Source: a virus. Taken from it: a stretch of 64,000 nt of DNA. The notes below the pieces were generated by a model. The model was not told where the DNA came from. It was given only the letters and a program-made list of their open reading frames with translations, and ran no database searches. Below are positions 28,124 to 36,092 of this stretch, one piece after another (position 1 is the stretch's first letter; every line of letters begins with the position of its first letter). The position numbers were made by a program, and so were the translations under genes. The DNA lies in the IMG/VR virus record IMGVR_UViG_3300048928_000047; one strand, 5' to 3'.

Positions 28124-28687
28124 TTATACAGTCATGTTAATGGAGGATGTGTACATTTCTGCACCCTCAGCTTCGAGGATCACAGTCCCCAAGTTGGTGA
28201 GTGACATATCCAGTTCAAATTGATGGTTAACACCACGGACTTTGACACGCGCAACATCGTCATTAGGTACGGTGATTGCTTGACGATAGTTTACAGTATC
28301 TTTCCAGTTATCTTCCATGATAAAGACAACCTTCTCAGCAGTTACTTCGATGGAAATAAAGTCTTTCACTGTATATTGCTCTCCACTTGTGAAAGTAATT
28401 GTCGCTTTATTTACAGTTGGGGCTTTGTTTCGTTCACCCTTTTTACGTTTGGCACGTTTTGGTTTTTCTGTTTGAAGAACTGGGTACATTGGCGTAATAA
28501 CGGCTTCACCAGTTTTCACCATATCAGCACCAGAAAATTGAGTAGTTCCTGTTGTTACACCCTTAAACACCCAATCACCGTTGTTCTCAATGCGAACAAG
28601 TCTGAAAAGATTGCTGTTATCTTCCAGAACACTCTCCGCGAAACCTTCTCCGGTCAGGTGGTACACATTATTTACGATAAGTTGCAT
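28124..28687 (-). CDS. hypothetical protein
   Basis: Start moved to MQLIVNNVYHL (AAAGGAGAGAA SD), downstream of the promoter cassette at 28721-28754. Confidence 0.5.
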   Translation of the reverse strand: MQLIVNNVYHLTGEGFAESVLEDNSNLFRLVRIENNGDWVFKGVTTGTTQFSGADMVKTGEAVITPMYPVLQTEKPKRAKRKKGERNKAPTVNKATITFTSGEQYTVKDFISIEVTAEKVVFIMEDNWKDTVNYRQAITVPNDDVARVKVRGVNHQFELDMSLTNLGTVILEAEGAEMYTSSINMTV

Positions 28688-28720
28688 GTTCTCTCCTTTG
28701 TTATTGGTTTCTCTTGACGA

Positions 28721-28754
28721 GAGGGACTTTATTATCCCTCTAAGCAAAAGTCAA
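28721..28754 (-). promoter_or_regulatory. class-II promoter cassette (GTTGACTTT; -10 inside a hairpin loop)
   Basis: Minus strand: TTGACT (28754-28749), 17-nt spacer, TAAAGT (28731-28726). Hairpin GAGGGA/TCCCTC encloses the -10. Followed by CAAGAGAAACC. Confidence 0.55.
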
Positions 28755-28756
28755 CC

Positions 28757-28996
28757 TTACTGCGAAATGATTTCTTTGATTGCTGGTTCACGTCCTGCTA
28801 ACGTACCGTCAAAATCAATAAGGAAGCTGAATTCAACGCCACTTTCGTGCTGAAACAGCAGTCGGTCATTCGGATCGTAGACGTAGATACCGTCTTCGTC
28901 AACCAGGACGATTTCCAGTTGATCTTTATCTCCGTGTGCCGAGAAGTCTGTGTCAACCATTACTGCGATATCACCTTTCTTTGCATTCTTAAACAT
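28757..28996 (-). CDS. hypothetical protein
   Basis: 79-aa ORF. AAGGAGG SD. Confidence 0.5.
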   Translation of the reverse strand: MFKNAKKGDIAVMVDTDFSAHGDKDQLEIVLVDEDGIYVYDPNDRLLFQHESGVEFSFLIDFDGTLAGREPAIKEIISQ

Positions 28997-29008
28997 GTTG
29001 CCTCCTTA

Positions 29009-29572
29009 TTAGCGACGACGACTTGAGCTAAAGCTGCTACGACTTGAGGAGAAGCTCTTGCTGCTGCTATAACTACGAGATGGTTTACTGTAGCTACTCA
29101 TTGGGCTGGAGTAGGATTTCTTAGCCGAGTATGCGCTGTTAGTGCTCATAGTCGGACGGGACTGCGTTTGATACACCTGCTTACCACTGTTGTTGTAATA
29201 ACGAGTGGTGTTGCTGGAATAACTGCTACCACTACGAGGCTGCGCTACGGTGTTGTTATTGATGATCGTAGTGCGGCTGGAGTTATTGCTGTAGCCACCA
29301 CCGTTACCACCGCCGCTCATCATATGCCCCAGGATCATACCAGTGGCAAAGTCGCCAACACCGGAATCATGACCACCGCTTTGAACGATAACCGGAGCAG
29401 GAGCCGCCTGAACAACTTGTGGCGCTGGTTGGTTAACGTATTGCTCATCCACCATCTGCTGCTGAGGAGCAGGGACGTATTGAGTTTGTTTTGGAACATC
29501 ATCATCACAACCTACCAGCATACTTGCACCCAGAACGATCACAGCACCCAGTACCAGTTTCATATTAGTCAT
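29009..29572 (-). CDS. Ser/Tyr-rich lipoprotein with glycine-zipper segment
   Basis: Signal peptide plus lipobox MKLVLGAVIVLGASMLVGC. Glycine zipper GDFATGMILGHMMSGGGNGGG. C-terminal low-complexity SYSSxxS tail ending RRR. Confidence 0.6.
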   Translation of the reverse strand: MTNMKLVLGAVIVLGASMLVGCDDDVPKQTQYVPAPQQQMVDEQYVNQPAPQVVQAAPAPVIVQSGGHDSGVGDFATGMILGHMMSGGGNGGGYSNNSSRTTIINNNTVAQPRSGSSYSSNTTRYYNNSGKQVYQTQSRPTMSTNSAYSAKKSYSSPMSSYSKPSRSYSSSKSFSSSRSSFSSSRRR

Positions 29573-29762
29573 GTTTGTTCTCCTCGCTTGAAATTTTACA
29601 CTTAGTTTTATCGGTCGAGTAGCAATATGTTTGCTTCCCGTCTTTCATGACTTCAATAGTACCTCCGTTCAGTACCATTGTCAACACCGTGAACAAAAAT
29701 AAAAATCCGATTGCGTAACAAATATTTTCAAACACGATCCAGATCACTTTTAAGATTTTCAT
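29565..29762 (-). CDS. small membrane protein
   Basis: 65 aa. One strong TM helix (ICYAIGFLFLFTVLTMVL). 8-nt overlap with the next gene. Confidence 0.5.
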   Translation of the reverse strand: MKILKVIWIVFENICYAIGFLFLFTVLTMVLNGGTIEVMKDGKQTYCYSTDKTKCKISSEENKHD

Positions 29763-29769
29763 ATTTACC

Positions 29770-29946
29770 TCAATTTAAGAATGAAAGGTTCTGTGTGGAT
29801 TCGATTAATCGAATGCTGTACTCAGAAGGATCGGAAAACTCACTCAACAGCATCTCCCTCGCCTCCGTGTAAGTCTTGGCTCTGACTACCGTAATCTCAG
29901 AGATAAATTTAGAACCACACGTAACTAAAAACAAATAATTAATCAT
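29770..29946 (-). CDS. hypothetical small protein
   Basis: Start moved to MINYLFL (GGGAGAG SD). 58 aa. Confidence 0.4.
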   Translation of the reverse strand: MINYLFLVTCGSKFISEITVVRAKTYTEAREMLLSEFSDPSEYSIRLIESTQNLSFLN

Positions 29947-29962
29947 TACTCTCCCTCTATAC

Positions 29963-29988
29963 AAAAGCCTCCCGAAGGAGGCTCTTTT
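29963..29988 (-). terminator. terminator AGCCTCC-(4)-GGAGGCT flanked by A/T runs
   Basis: 7-bp stem with tetraloop and flanking AAAA / CTTTT, 3 nt after the terC stop. Confidence 0.65.
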
Positions 29989-29990
29989 GA

Positions 29991-30974
29991 TTAAGCTGTT
30001 GCTTCGTCTTCTTTCTCAGGGAAGACCAGACTTGCCAGAACACCAAGTGCCAGAGTACCCAGTACGATATACAGACTAACGTTAGCTGAGATATCGTGTG
30101 GCAGGAACGCCCACTTAGCATGTAACGTTTCACCGAACGGGTGGTAAATCAGTTTAGCACCAACAAACACCAGGACCACCGCCACTGCTTTCTCCAGGTG
30201 AACCAGATACTTAACTGCAACACTCAGCACGAAGAACAGAGCACGTAAACCCAGGATTGCGAACAGCATCGCAGAGTAAACCAGCAGAGGTTCTTGTGTC
30301 ACACCGATCACCGCAGGTACAGAGTCGAAGGAGAAGATTACGTCAGTAAACTCTACCACGAACACACACAGCAGGGCTGGAGTTGCATATTTAATACCAT
30401 TTTTAATCGTGATGAACTTCTCGCCATCAAGAGCCGGATGAACCGGAAGGATCTTACCAACCAGACGGGTAGCCCAGTGTTTGGAATAATCTACATCCTC
30501 TTCATCGTCATCACCGCCTTTGATGATAGCCATTGCAGACCATGCAACAATCAAGCCGAACAACACTTGTACAGACCAATGCAGGTTGAACAGTGCAGTA
30601 CCTGCTGCTACGAAGATACCACGGAAGACAATTGCACCTGCGATACCCCAAAGCAGAATCTTATGCTGCAAGTGTGTCGATTTGATACCGAAACTTGCGA
30701 AGATTGCCATGAACACCATCAGGTTATCCACCGACAAGGATTTCTCTAATACATACCCGCTTAGGAAGAGAGAAGCAAACTCTTTACCATACTCTACCCA
30801 AATGAAACCGTAGTACGCAAAGGCCAGGGCAATCCAGAATGCTGACCACGCCAGCGCACTTTTAATACCGATCTCTTTATTCTCCTTATGACCGAAGAAG
30901 TCCACTACGATTGACAGTACCAGTACACCAACCAGCACTGCGATATCCAGCAGTGGGAATCCGAAATGAGTCAT
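29991..30974 (-). CDS. terC: TerC-family integral membrane protein
   Basis: Multi-pass membrane protein. KSLSVDNLMVFMAIFASFGIKSTHLQHKILLWGIAGAIVFRGIF is the TerC signature region. Confidence 0.85.
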   Translation of the reverse strand: MTHFGFPLLDIAVLVGVLVLSIVVDFFGHKENKEIGIKSALAWSAFWIALAFAYYGFIWVEYGKEFASLFLSGYVLEKSLSVDNLMVFMAIFASFGIKSTHLQHKILLWGIAGAIVFRGIFVAAGTALFNLHWSVQVLFGLIVAWSAMAIIKGGDDDEEDVDYSKHWATRLVGKILPVHPALDGEKFITIKNGIKYATPALLCVFVVEFTDVIFSFDSVPAVIGVTQEPLLVYSAMLFAILGLRALFFVLSVAVKYLVHLEKAVAVVLVFVGAKLIYHPFGETLHAKWAFLPHDISANVSLYIVLGTLALGVLASLVFPEKEDEATA

Positions 30975-30991
30975 GTTTTTCTCCTCTTTTG

Positions 30992-31052
30992 AAGAGGGAG
31001 CCTATCTCCCTCTTGATAACTTATACTTTACTCTCTTTTCGCACAGAGTCAA
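30992..31052 (-). promoter_or_regulatory. sigma70-type promoter plus leader hairpin upstream of terC
   Basis: Minus strand: TTGACT (31052-31047), 16-nt spacer, TAAAGT (31030-31025). Then ATCAAG plus hairpin AGAGGGAG-(5)-CTCCCTCT (31012-30992), then the GAGGAGAAAAA SD. Confidence 0.6.
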
Positions 31053-31055
31053 GCA

Positions 31056-31271
31056 TTATTTTGAACTTTCTTTATCGAAGCAATACATTCCAACCGAACC
31101 GCTCGAATTGCTTACAATGTAACAGAACTTGTGGTTCTGGTCATCCTGCATGATGAAGATCTTATTAACAGCATCCCATCCATCGTAAACTTGATCCACT
31201 TTCACCTCATCGGCGTTAGCTGTACCCATAGTACCGAGGACGAGAGCCAGAGTCAACAGAATTCTTTTCAT
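31056..31271 (-). CDS. small secreted protein
   Basis: Start moved to MKRILLTLALVLGTMGTANA (signal peptide). ATGA overlap with the upstream gene. Confidence 0.5.
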   Translation of the reverse strand: MKRILLTLALVLGTMGTANADEVKVDQVYDGWDAVNKIFIMQDDQNHKFCYIVSNSSGSVGMYCFDKESSK

Positions 31272-31471
31272 TTTCGACCTCGGAATATTCCACGGATCAC
31301 TGTCAGGATGAACGCAACACAAATCACACTCAGCAGAGTGACAGGAATCTCCCAGTTAGGATGACCAACTAAGGCAACAATGTAGTTGTATGCCAGCATC
31401 ACCAACCAAGTTGGAATCAGGCAGACCAGAAATATGACTACCAGGAATAGCAGTCCTACAATAAACTCCAT
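31268..31471 (-). CDS. small two-TM membrane protein
   Basis: 67 aa with two hydrophobic helices. AAGGAGAAAA SD. Confidence 0.5.
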   Translation of the reverse strand: MEFIVGLLFLVVIFLVCLIPTWLVMLAYNYIVALVGHPNWEIPVTLLSVICVAFILTVIRGIFRGRK

Positions 31472-31481
31472 AATTTTCTCC

Positions 31482-31970
31482 TTACTTTAATTGATAAACA
31501 ATCACCTCTAAGCCTCTCAGCATCAGAGTTTCTTTGATCATGGCCTCAACAACCGACCACTTCCCTCCAGCCAAACCGCAACCAATCAGGGGTAAACCCA
31601 CACGTCTTGCGCCATTGGCTACCAGGTCTGCTCCCATCGCATCCAGTGCATCGTAGATGGCATTGTAGTTCAGGTCACGAATGCCTTGATCTCGCTTACT
31701 GTACCCATACTGTCCGTACAGGTTATAAACAGTCAGGAAACCATCCTCAACTACAGCTTTACTGTAGCCACCAAGCTTATACTTGTCGCCTTTAATGGTT
31801 GCACAATCTGCGGCGTACACATCAGGCCATTTAGCCTTAATCTTGGGAGCAATACCGCTCCCCATTGTGTTCCAGCAGTTGCAACAGTGTGCAATCGCAT
31901 CTACTTCACCTTCGGAAGCTGCAACAAGAAGATTTCCTTCTCGGTATTGAATAGGTTCAATCTGCTGCAT
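31482..31970 (-). CDS. macro domain protein (ADP-ribose binding/hydrolase fold)
   Basis: DAIAHCCNCWNTMGSGIAPKIKAKWP and VGLPLIGCGLAGGKW match the two glycine-rich macro-domain loops. Confidence 0.8.
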   Translation of the reverse strand: MQQIEPIQYREGNLLVAASEGEVDAIAHCCNCWNTMGSGIAPKIKAKWPDVYAADCATIKGDKYKLGGYSKAVVEDGFLTVYNLYGQYGYSKRDQGIRDLNYNAIYDALDAMGADLVANGARRVGLPLIGCGLAGGKWSVVEAMIKETLMLRGLEVIVYQLK

Positions 31971-32520
31971 GTTTATCCAACCATTTTTCAGCTTTAACTT
32001 TCAGCAGATCGTTCAAATGACCAACTACCTCGTCTGCCAGTTCCTGACCATCAAGACCACTGGTTGACTTTTTGTGCAGTAGCGCCAAATCCAAGGCGCA
32101 GATAATAACATCAGCACATTCACCCAAAAGGTCTTCTTTCTGACGATCAGGATTGACCAGCCAATCTGCACACTCGCCAGTTTCAGATGCAAGGTATGCC
32201 ATTACTTGGAATACGTCACGAGGTTGATTAACCTTATGGCTTGCATGTACCGCAGTAGAGATATCCAGAGTCATTTCAGGGTAGTCTAAGTGCTTAGCCT
32301 CATCCTCTACCCAGAACATATCATGATGACCACCAACAATGGTAAAAGTAGGATATTCTGTACCGGAGTCAAGCTCTATGGCTTTTACTCTTACTTTACC
32401 ATTAGCTGTGGCTTCCACCAGTTCCAGCACACGGATGTGATAACCCATACCGAATCCAGCGCCATTACTCTTAGCGATGCGCCCGATATCTTTTTGGGAA
32501 ACACTTGTGATCTTTTCCAT
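31957..32520 (-). CDS. protein with C-terminal MazG-like NTP pyrophosphohydrolase domain
   Basis: ASETGECADWL ... LLGECADVIICALDLALL resemble the paired EExxE/D helices of the all-alpha NTP-PPase fold. ATG at 32520 follows an AAGGAGG SD. 14-nt overlap with the macro gene. Confidence 0.6.
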   Translation of the reverse strand: MEKITSVSQKDIGRIAKSNGAGFGMGYHIRVLELVEATANGKVRVKAIELDSGTEYPTFTIVGGHHDMFWVEDEAKHLDYPEMTLDISTAVHASHKVNQPRDVFQVMAYLASETGECADWLVNPDRQKEDLLGECADVIICALDLALLHKKSTSGLDGQELADEVVGHLNDLLKVKAEKWLDKHAAD

Positions 32521-32530
32521 CAACCCCTCC

Positions 32531-33364
32531 TTACTTATTTAAGATATTGCTTTCAAAGAAATGCTCCAAGAACTCAAAGTTCTCTTCATATTTCTCAATG
32601 CTGTTGTAACCTTCTGCCAGGCAACCAAAGTAGAGCGCTTCTACATAAGACAGAGGAAGCTGGCTGAGTGCCACCTTAAAGGTGATTTCACTCTGGCTCA
32701 TCAGGTACTTGATCGGACGCACCAGGCACTTAGCATCAGGTTCATCCTTGATCATCTGCACAAATGCAGAGACACTGTTAATGTCGCTGAAATTCAGCGC
32801 CGCTTCTGTGTTTGCCTCATTGCCGTTATACTTGGCAAAGTACAGGAAAAATGTATCGTTAGTTACATTCTCTGCATCCAGGATCTCAATCAGCTTGTCC
32901 TCATGGGTTCCGGTGATATTCACGTCATCAATGAAGATCAGATTTTTGTTACCCCAAAAGTCTTTATTGATAGAGAACGTGTCGCCATCGATCAGAGCCT
33001 TACGATCTTCCTTACTCAGGAAGCCGTAGTCATTAATGTAACTCACTTTACGGTGGATGATATCCCACTCAATTGGGTAAGCACCACCCATACGGTTCAT
33101 CAGATAATTGAGATGGTCTACAAAATGCTCTGACAACACCGTAGCTGCGTTTTTAACGTAGTTGTAAGGCGAAGGTATTACCACGAACTGTTCGTTCAAC
33201 AGACGCAGTTTGTGGGCTTCATAGAAGCTCTCTGCCAGTTTACGTCCCATACGCTTCGCAGCTTGATTACTACCGAATTTCAGACGTGAGTAGTCGGCAG
33301 TATTAAAACAAGCAACAGTCAGGTCGCTAAAGACATGGGCGAAGTGTTGTTTCTGGTTACGCAT
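32531..33364 (-). CDS. type I phosphoribosyltransferase (PRTase)
   Basis: PRPP-binding loop NLIFIDDVNITGTHEDK (four hydrophobic residues, DD, xx, TG, xT). 277 aa. Confidence 0.7.
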   Translation of the reverse strand: MRNQKQHFAHVFSDLTVACFNTADYSRLKFGSNQAAKRMGRKLAESFYEAHKLRLLNEQFVVIPSPYNYVKNAATVLSEHFVDHLNYLMNRMGGAYPIEWDIIHRKVSYINDYGFLSKEDRKALIDGDTFSINKDFWGNKNLIFIDDVNITGTHEDKLIEILDAENVTNDTFFLYFAKYNGNEANTEAALNFSDINSVSAFVQMIKDEPDAKCLVRPIKYLMSQSEITFKVALSQLPLSYVEALYFGCLAEGYNSIEKYEENFEFLEHFFESNILNK

Positions 33365-34016
33365 TGATGATTTCTCCTTTTTGCAGTTTCTCTAACAGGT
33401 CTTCTGGGTTCTTAATGTGACAGAAATTAAATCCTGCGTCAACACATCTCCCATCAAAAATTTCACTATCTCCGATGTGCAATACTTCGTCGGGTTGAAG
33501 CTGGCGATTGTAAGATCGAAGAACTGTCTGGTCAAAGAAGCGTTTATCAGGTTTACACATTTCCCAGTTATCAGAAAAGTGCATGAAAGCCCAGAAAGGC
33601 ATACGATCAAAACCGACAGCCTGCGCCAGAATATATCCAGGAATGAAGTTGGTATTGCTCTTAATGCTCAACTCATAATCCATCGACAGATTAATCAGTC
33701 GGTCAACCAAGTCCATACTCAGGTGTGGTGGATTCACCAGGAAAGCCATCTCAGAATACTTTTTCATCTGCTCTGCTGATTTTCGATCTACACCCAAGTG
33801 TCTACCCAACGCCCACCATGCGTGATATTGATCACCACACAACATGTGTTCAGCATTCATATCCAACACACGTTTGACGTGTGCATAGGCAGCATCTGCC
33901 TCTTCTGGAGCTACTCCGCCAAAGTAAGAAATAATTTCTGTACGCTCGTAAGCATAACGAGGATTAGCAGTGATCAGGGTATTCCATACGTCAAAAGAGA
34001 TGTGTTTGATTGTCAT
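33357..34016 (-). CDS. HAD-superfamily hydrolase
   Basis: Start moved to MTIKHISFDVWNTLI (motif I of the FDxxGTL type). Motif IV VLHIGDSEIFDGRC. 8-nt overlap with the PRTase gene. Confidence 0.6.
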   Translation of the reverse strand: MTIKHISFDVWNTLITANPRYAYERTEIISYFGGVAPEEADAAYAHVKRVLDMNAEHMLCGDQYHAWWALGRHLGVDRKSAEQMKKYSEMAFLVNPPHLSMDLVDRLINLSMDYELSIKSNTNFIPGYILAQAVGFDRMPFWAFMHFSDNWEMCKPDKRFFDQTVLRSYNRQLQPDEVLHIGDSEIFDGRCVDAGFNFCHIKNPEDLLEKLQKGEIINA

Positions 34017-34017
34017 A

Positions 34018-34623
34018 TTAAGCCCACCATGCGTCAAGGTTTAAGTTACTGTCTACTATCACTTGTTCTACGTGATAGCTCTTCATTTCGATTCCATTTA
34101 ACAGAAGCATACCATACACCTCATTGAAACGCAACTTATCTTCTGCGGAATAAAGACGAGCATTATAGAAGCGATAATCCACCTCTTCGGCATTGGAAGA
34201 GATACGAAAGAAGCCAGTGTCAATTTCCGGCGCACTTGCCGGAGTCTTGATATGCACTTCCCCGTAATGTTCTTTGCTCAGATCCATAAACATTACACAC
34301 GCAACGTGCCGGAACATCTGCTCCAGCTTATAACGTACTACTTTGAATCCAGCCTCTTCGAGTTTTGCTACACAATCCAACATAAGATCTGTCTCAATAC
34401 CCGCCTGGTATTTAGTGAGCATACGGTCACGCTGTGACTGAGTATCACGGTGCAGATCGATTGTGGTACATTTTGCACCAATCAATTTTGCTGCCTCCAT
34501 GAGTTGTTCACTATTTACATCTGCCAGGGTGAGATGAAAGTGCGCTTTCCACACCTTCTCCACTGGAACACCAAGAGGTTCACCGTTGGTGCGTGGCAGG
34601 TTGACGATCAGCTTATGTTTCAT
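34018..34623 (-). CDS. hypothetical protein (one HxTx motif; possible degenerate 2H-phosphoesterase, unproven)
   Basis: 201 aa. AHFHLTL fits HxTx, but the second candidate VHIKT does not. First gene of the overlapping operon ending with the macro gene. Confidence 0.5.
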   Translation of the reverse strand: MKHKLIVNLPRTNGEPLGVPVEKVWKAHFHLTLADVNSEQLMEAAKLIGAKCTTIDLHRDTQSQRDRMLTKYQAGIETDLMLDCVAKLEEAGFKVVRYKLEQMFRHVACVMFMDLSKEHYGEVHIKTPASAPEIDTGFFRISSNAEEVDYRFYNARLYSAEDKLRFNEVYGMLLLNGIEMKSYHVEQVIVDSNLNLDAWWA

Positions 34624-34633
34624 TGTTTCCTCC

Positions 34634-34840
34634 TTAGAAAGGTGCGCGTTCTAACTCATACGGTTCAATGCCAACAATATTAGCAATGTCTCTGTCAGAA
34701 AGCAACTCTTTTCTTTGTAGGATTTCTACGAGAGTACCGAGCATTTCACGAGTATCTCGATCACTCTTCTCTACAAAACCCTTTGCACTATCAATTTGAT
34801 CTTTATAGAAATAAAACTGAGCCATAAATCCTCCAAACAA
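34634..34840 (-). CDS. hypothetical small protein
   Basis: 68 aa. GGAGGA SD. Preceded by a hairpin at 34842-34861. Confidence 0.5.
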   Translation of the reverse strand: MFGGFMAQFYFYKDQIDSAKGFVEKSDRDTREMLGTLVEILQRKELLSDRDIANIVGIEPYELERAPF

Positions 34841-34841
34841 G

Positions 34842-34861
34842 AAAGGGGCTTTCGCCCCTTT
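34842..34861 (-). terminator. hairpin AAAGGGGC-(4)-GCCCCTTT
   Basis: 8-bp stem with tetraloop, 4 nt after the AAA+ gene stop. Confidence 0.55.
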
Positions 34862-34864
34862 GAA

Positions 34865-36025
34865 TTAGTAGTTGTAACCTGCGCCTGAGAAGGCGTAATC
34901 CATGTAGTTGAGGGTTTCTTTCTGTTTCACCTCAATCTCAATGATGTTATCACCCTGAGCGAACACGAAGTGATAACCATCTCCACCCATGCTCTTAATG
35001 CTCTTCTCATCGTAGGCGATGAAGATCTTGTCGCAATCGTAGTACCAATCGCCGTCAGAGTCCTGCTGGTCAAGGGTAACAACACCTTTCATGTTAGGCA
35101 GACGTTCAGTACCTTCTTTGTGGTCTACGTTGATCTGGAACTTAGCGCCTTGGAACAGGGACTGTGCTGACATTCCAGACAGATCGAATCCACGAACATC
35201 TTGCAGACGATCAACACCATTCACTTTCAGAGTTTTAATCTCTTTGGCAGAACGGCTACCTTCATTGATGGAGATACCCATCAGGTTCAGTGCATCAGAG
35301 AACTTATCGTCAGGATAACGGTTCAGTTCTTCTACCAGCGACTGAATTACATCGAAGTTCAGATCTGCTGACAGGTTGTACAGAGTTTCGAAGTCTGCAA
35401 CGAACGCTTTGTTGACCAGGTTTTTAGCCAGGTAGTCATCCAGCGTAGACTTAGGCAGTTTCTTATAGCTAAAGCTATAGAAGATACGGCTTGGTCGGTT
35501 ACGCAGGAATTCAGAAACATAACCATCGTTTTTGGTCAGAACGAACAGTTTATTGTAACCGCCCACACCATCCAGCAGAGTAAGCAGACCGTCCTGATGT
35601 TCTTTCTCAGCATACAGCTTATCGAATTCATCCACCATCACCATGATCGGCTGTTTGATTTTCGACATGAAGTTGATGAACGCTTCACCGTTGAACGGGC
35701 TACCGATGGAGATGGTAGGAATGCCCTGTTTACGCAGTGCCACTGACAGCATTTTCGCTTGCAGGGTTTTACCACTACCCTTAGTTCCTTCCAGGAGAAC
35801 ACCAGTGTTCTTACCATCACGGCTCAGGAACGTCTTGATGATACGCTCGGATTTGTCATCTGTGTCGCCGTAGGTTACGGCTGGCACTTCCATATCGTTT
35901 TTAGGGTACAGATAAAACGCACCTTCCATTGTAACGCCGATACCATAAGTACCCGCTGGAATTACGTCGATATCAACACCGGATTTCTGACGCAGGAAGA
36001 TTTGGCTACCGAATTGTGTGAACAT
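34865..36025 (-). CDS. AAA+ ATPase (paralogue A)
   Basis: Start moved to MFTQFG (AAGGAGAAA SD). Walker A GTKGSGKT, Walker B IMVMVDEFDK. Long collinear similarity to 52474-53598 (shared NTGVLL.GTKGSGKT, LLTLLDG, NRPSRIFYSF, FDVIQ..VEELN blocks). Confidence 0.8.
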   Translation of the reverse strand: MFTQFGSQIFLRQKSGVDIDVIPAGTYGIGVTMEGAFYLYPKNDMEVPAVTYGDTDDKSERIIKTFLSRDGKNTGVLLEGTKGSGKTLQAKMLSVALRKQGIPTISIGSPFNGEAFINFMSKIKQPIMVMVDEFDKLYAEKEHQDGLLTLLDGVGGYNKLFVLTKNDGYVSEFLRNRPSRIFYSFSYKKLPKSTLDDYLAKNLVNKAFVADFETLYNLSADLNFDVIQSLVEELNRYPDDKFSDALNLMGISINEGSRSAKEIKTLKVNGVDRLQDVRGFDLSGMSAQSLFQGAKFQINVDHKEGTERLPNMKGVVTLDQQDSDGDWYYDCDKIFIAYDEKSIKSMGGDGYHFVFAQGDNIIEIEVKQKETLNYMDYAFSGAGYNY

Positions 36026-36052
36026 GTATTTCTCCTTCTTTCTCTTTAAAGT

Positions 36053-36089
36053 GTAGGGGAAGTATATCAACCTCCCCTGTGAAAATCAA
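36053..36089 (-). promoter_or_regulatory. class-II-like promoter cassette upstream of AAA+ paralogue A
   Basis: Minus strand: TTGATT (36089-36084), 17-nt spacer, TATACT (36066-36061). AGGGGA/TCCCCT hairpin spans the -10. Followed by AAAGAGAAAG. Confidence 0.5.
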
Positions 36090-36092
36090 CTC

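Noticed and set aside
34018-34623. Firm annotation as a 2H phosphoesterase (Acb1/LigT-like)
   Set aside because: Only one HxTx motif (HLTL) is present, and the second candidate (HIKT) breaks the pattern. It is kept as hypothetical and raised only as a testable idea.
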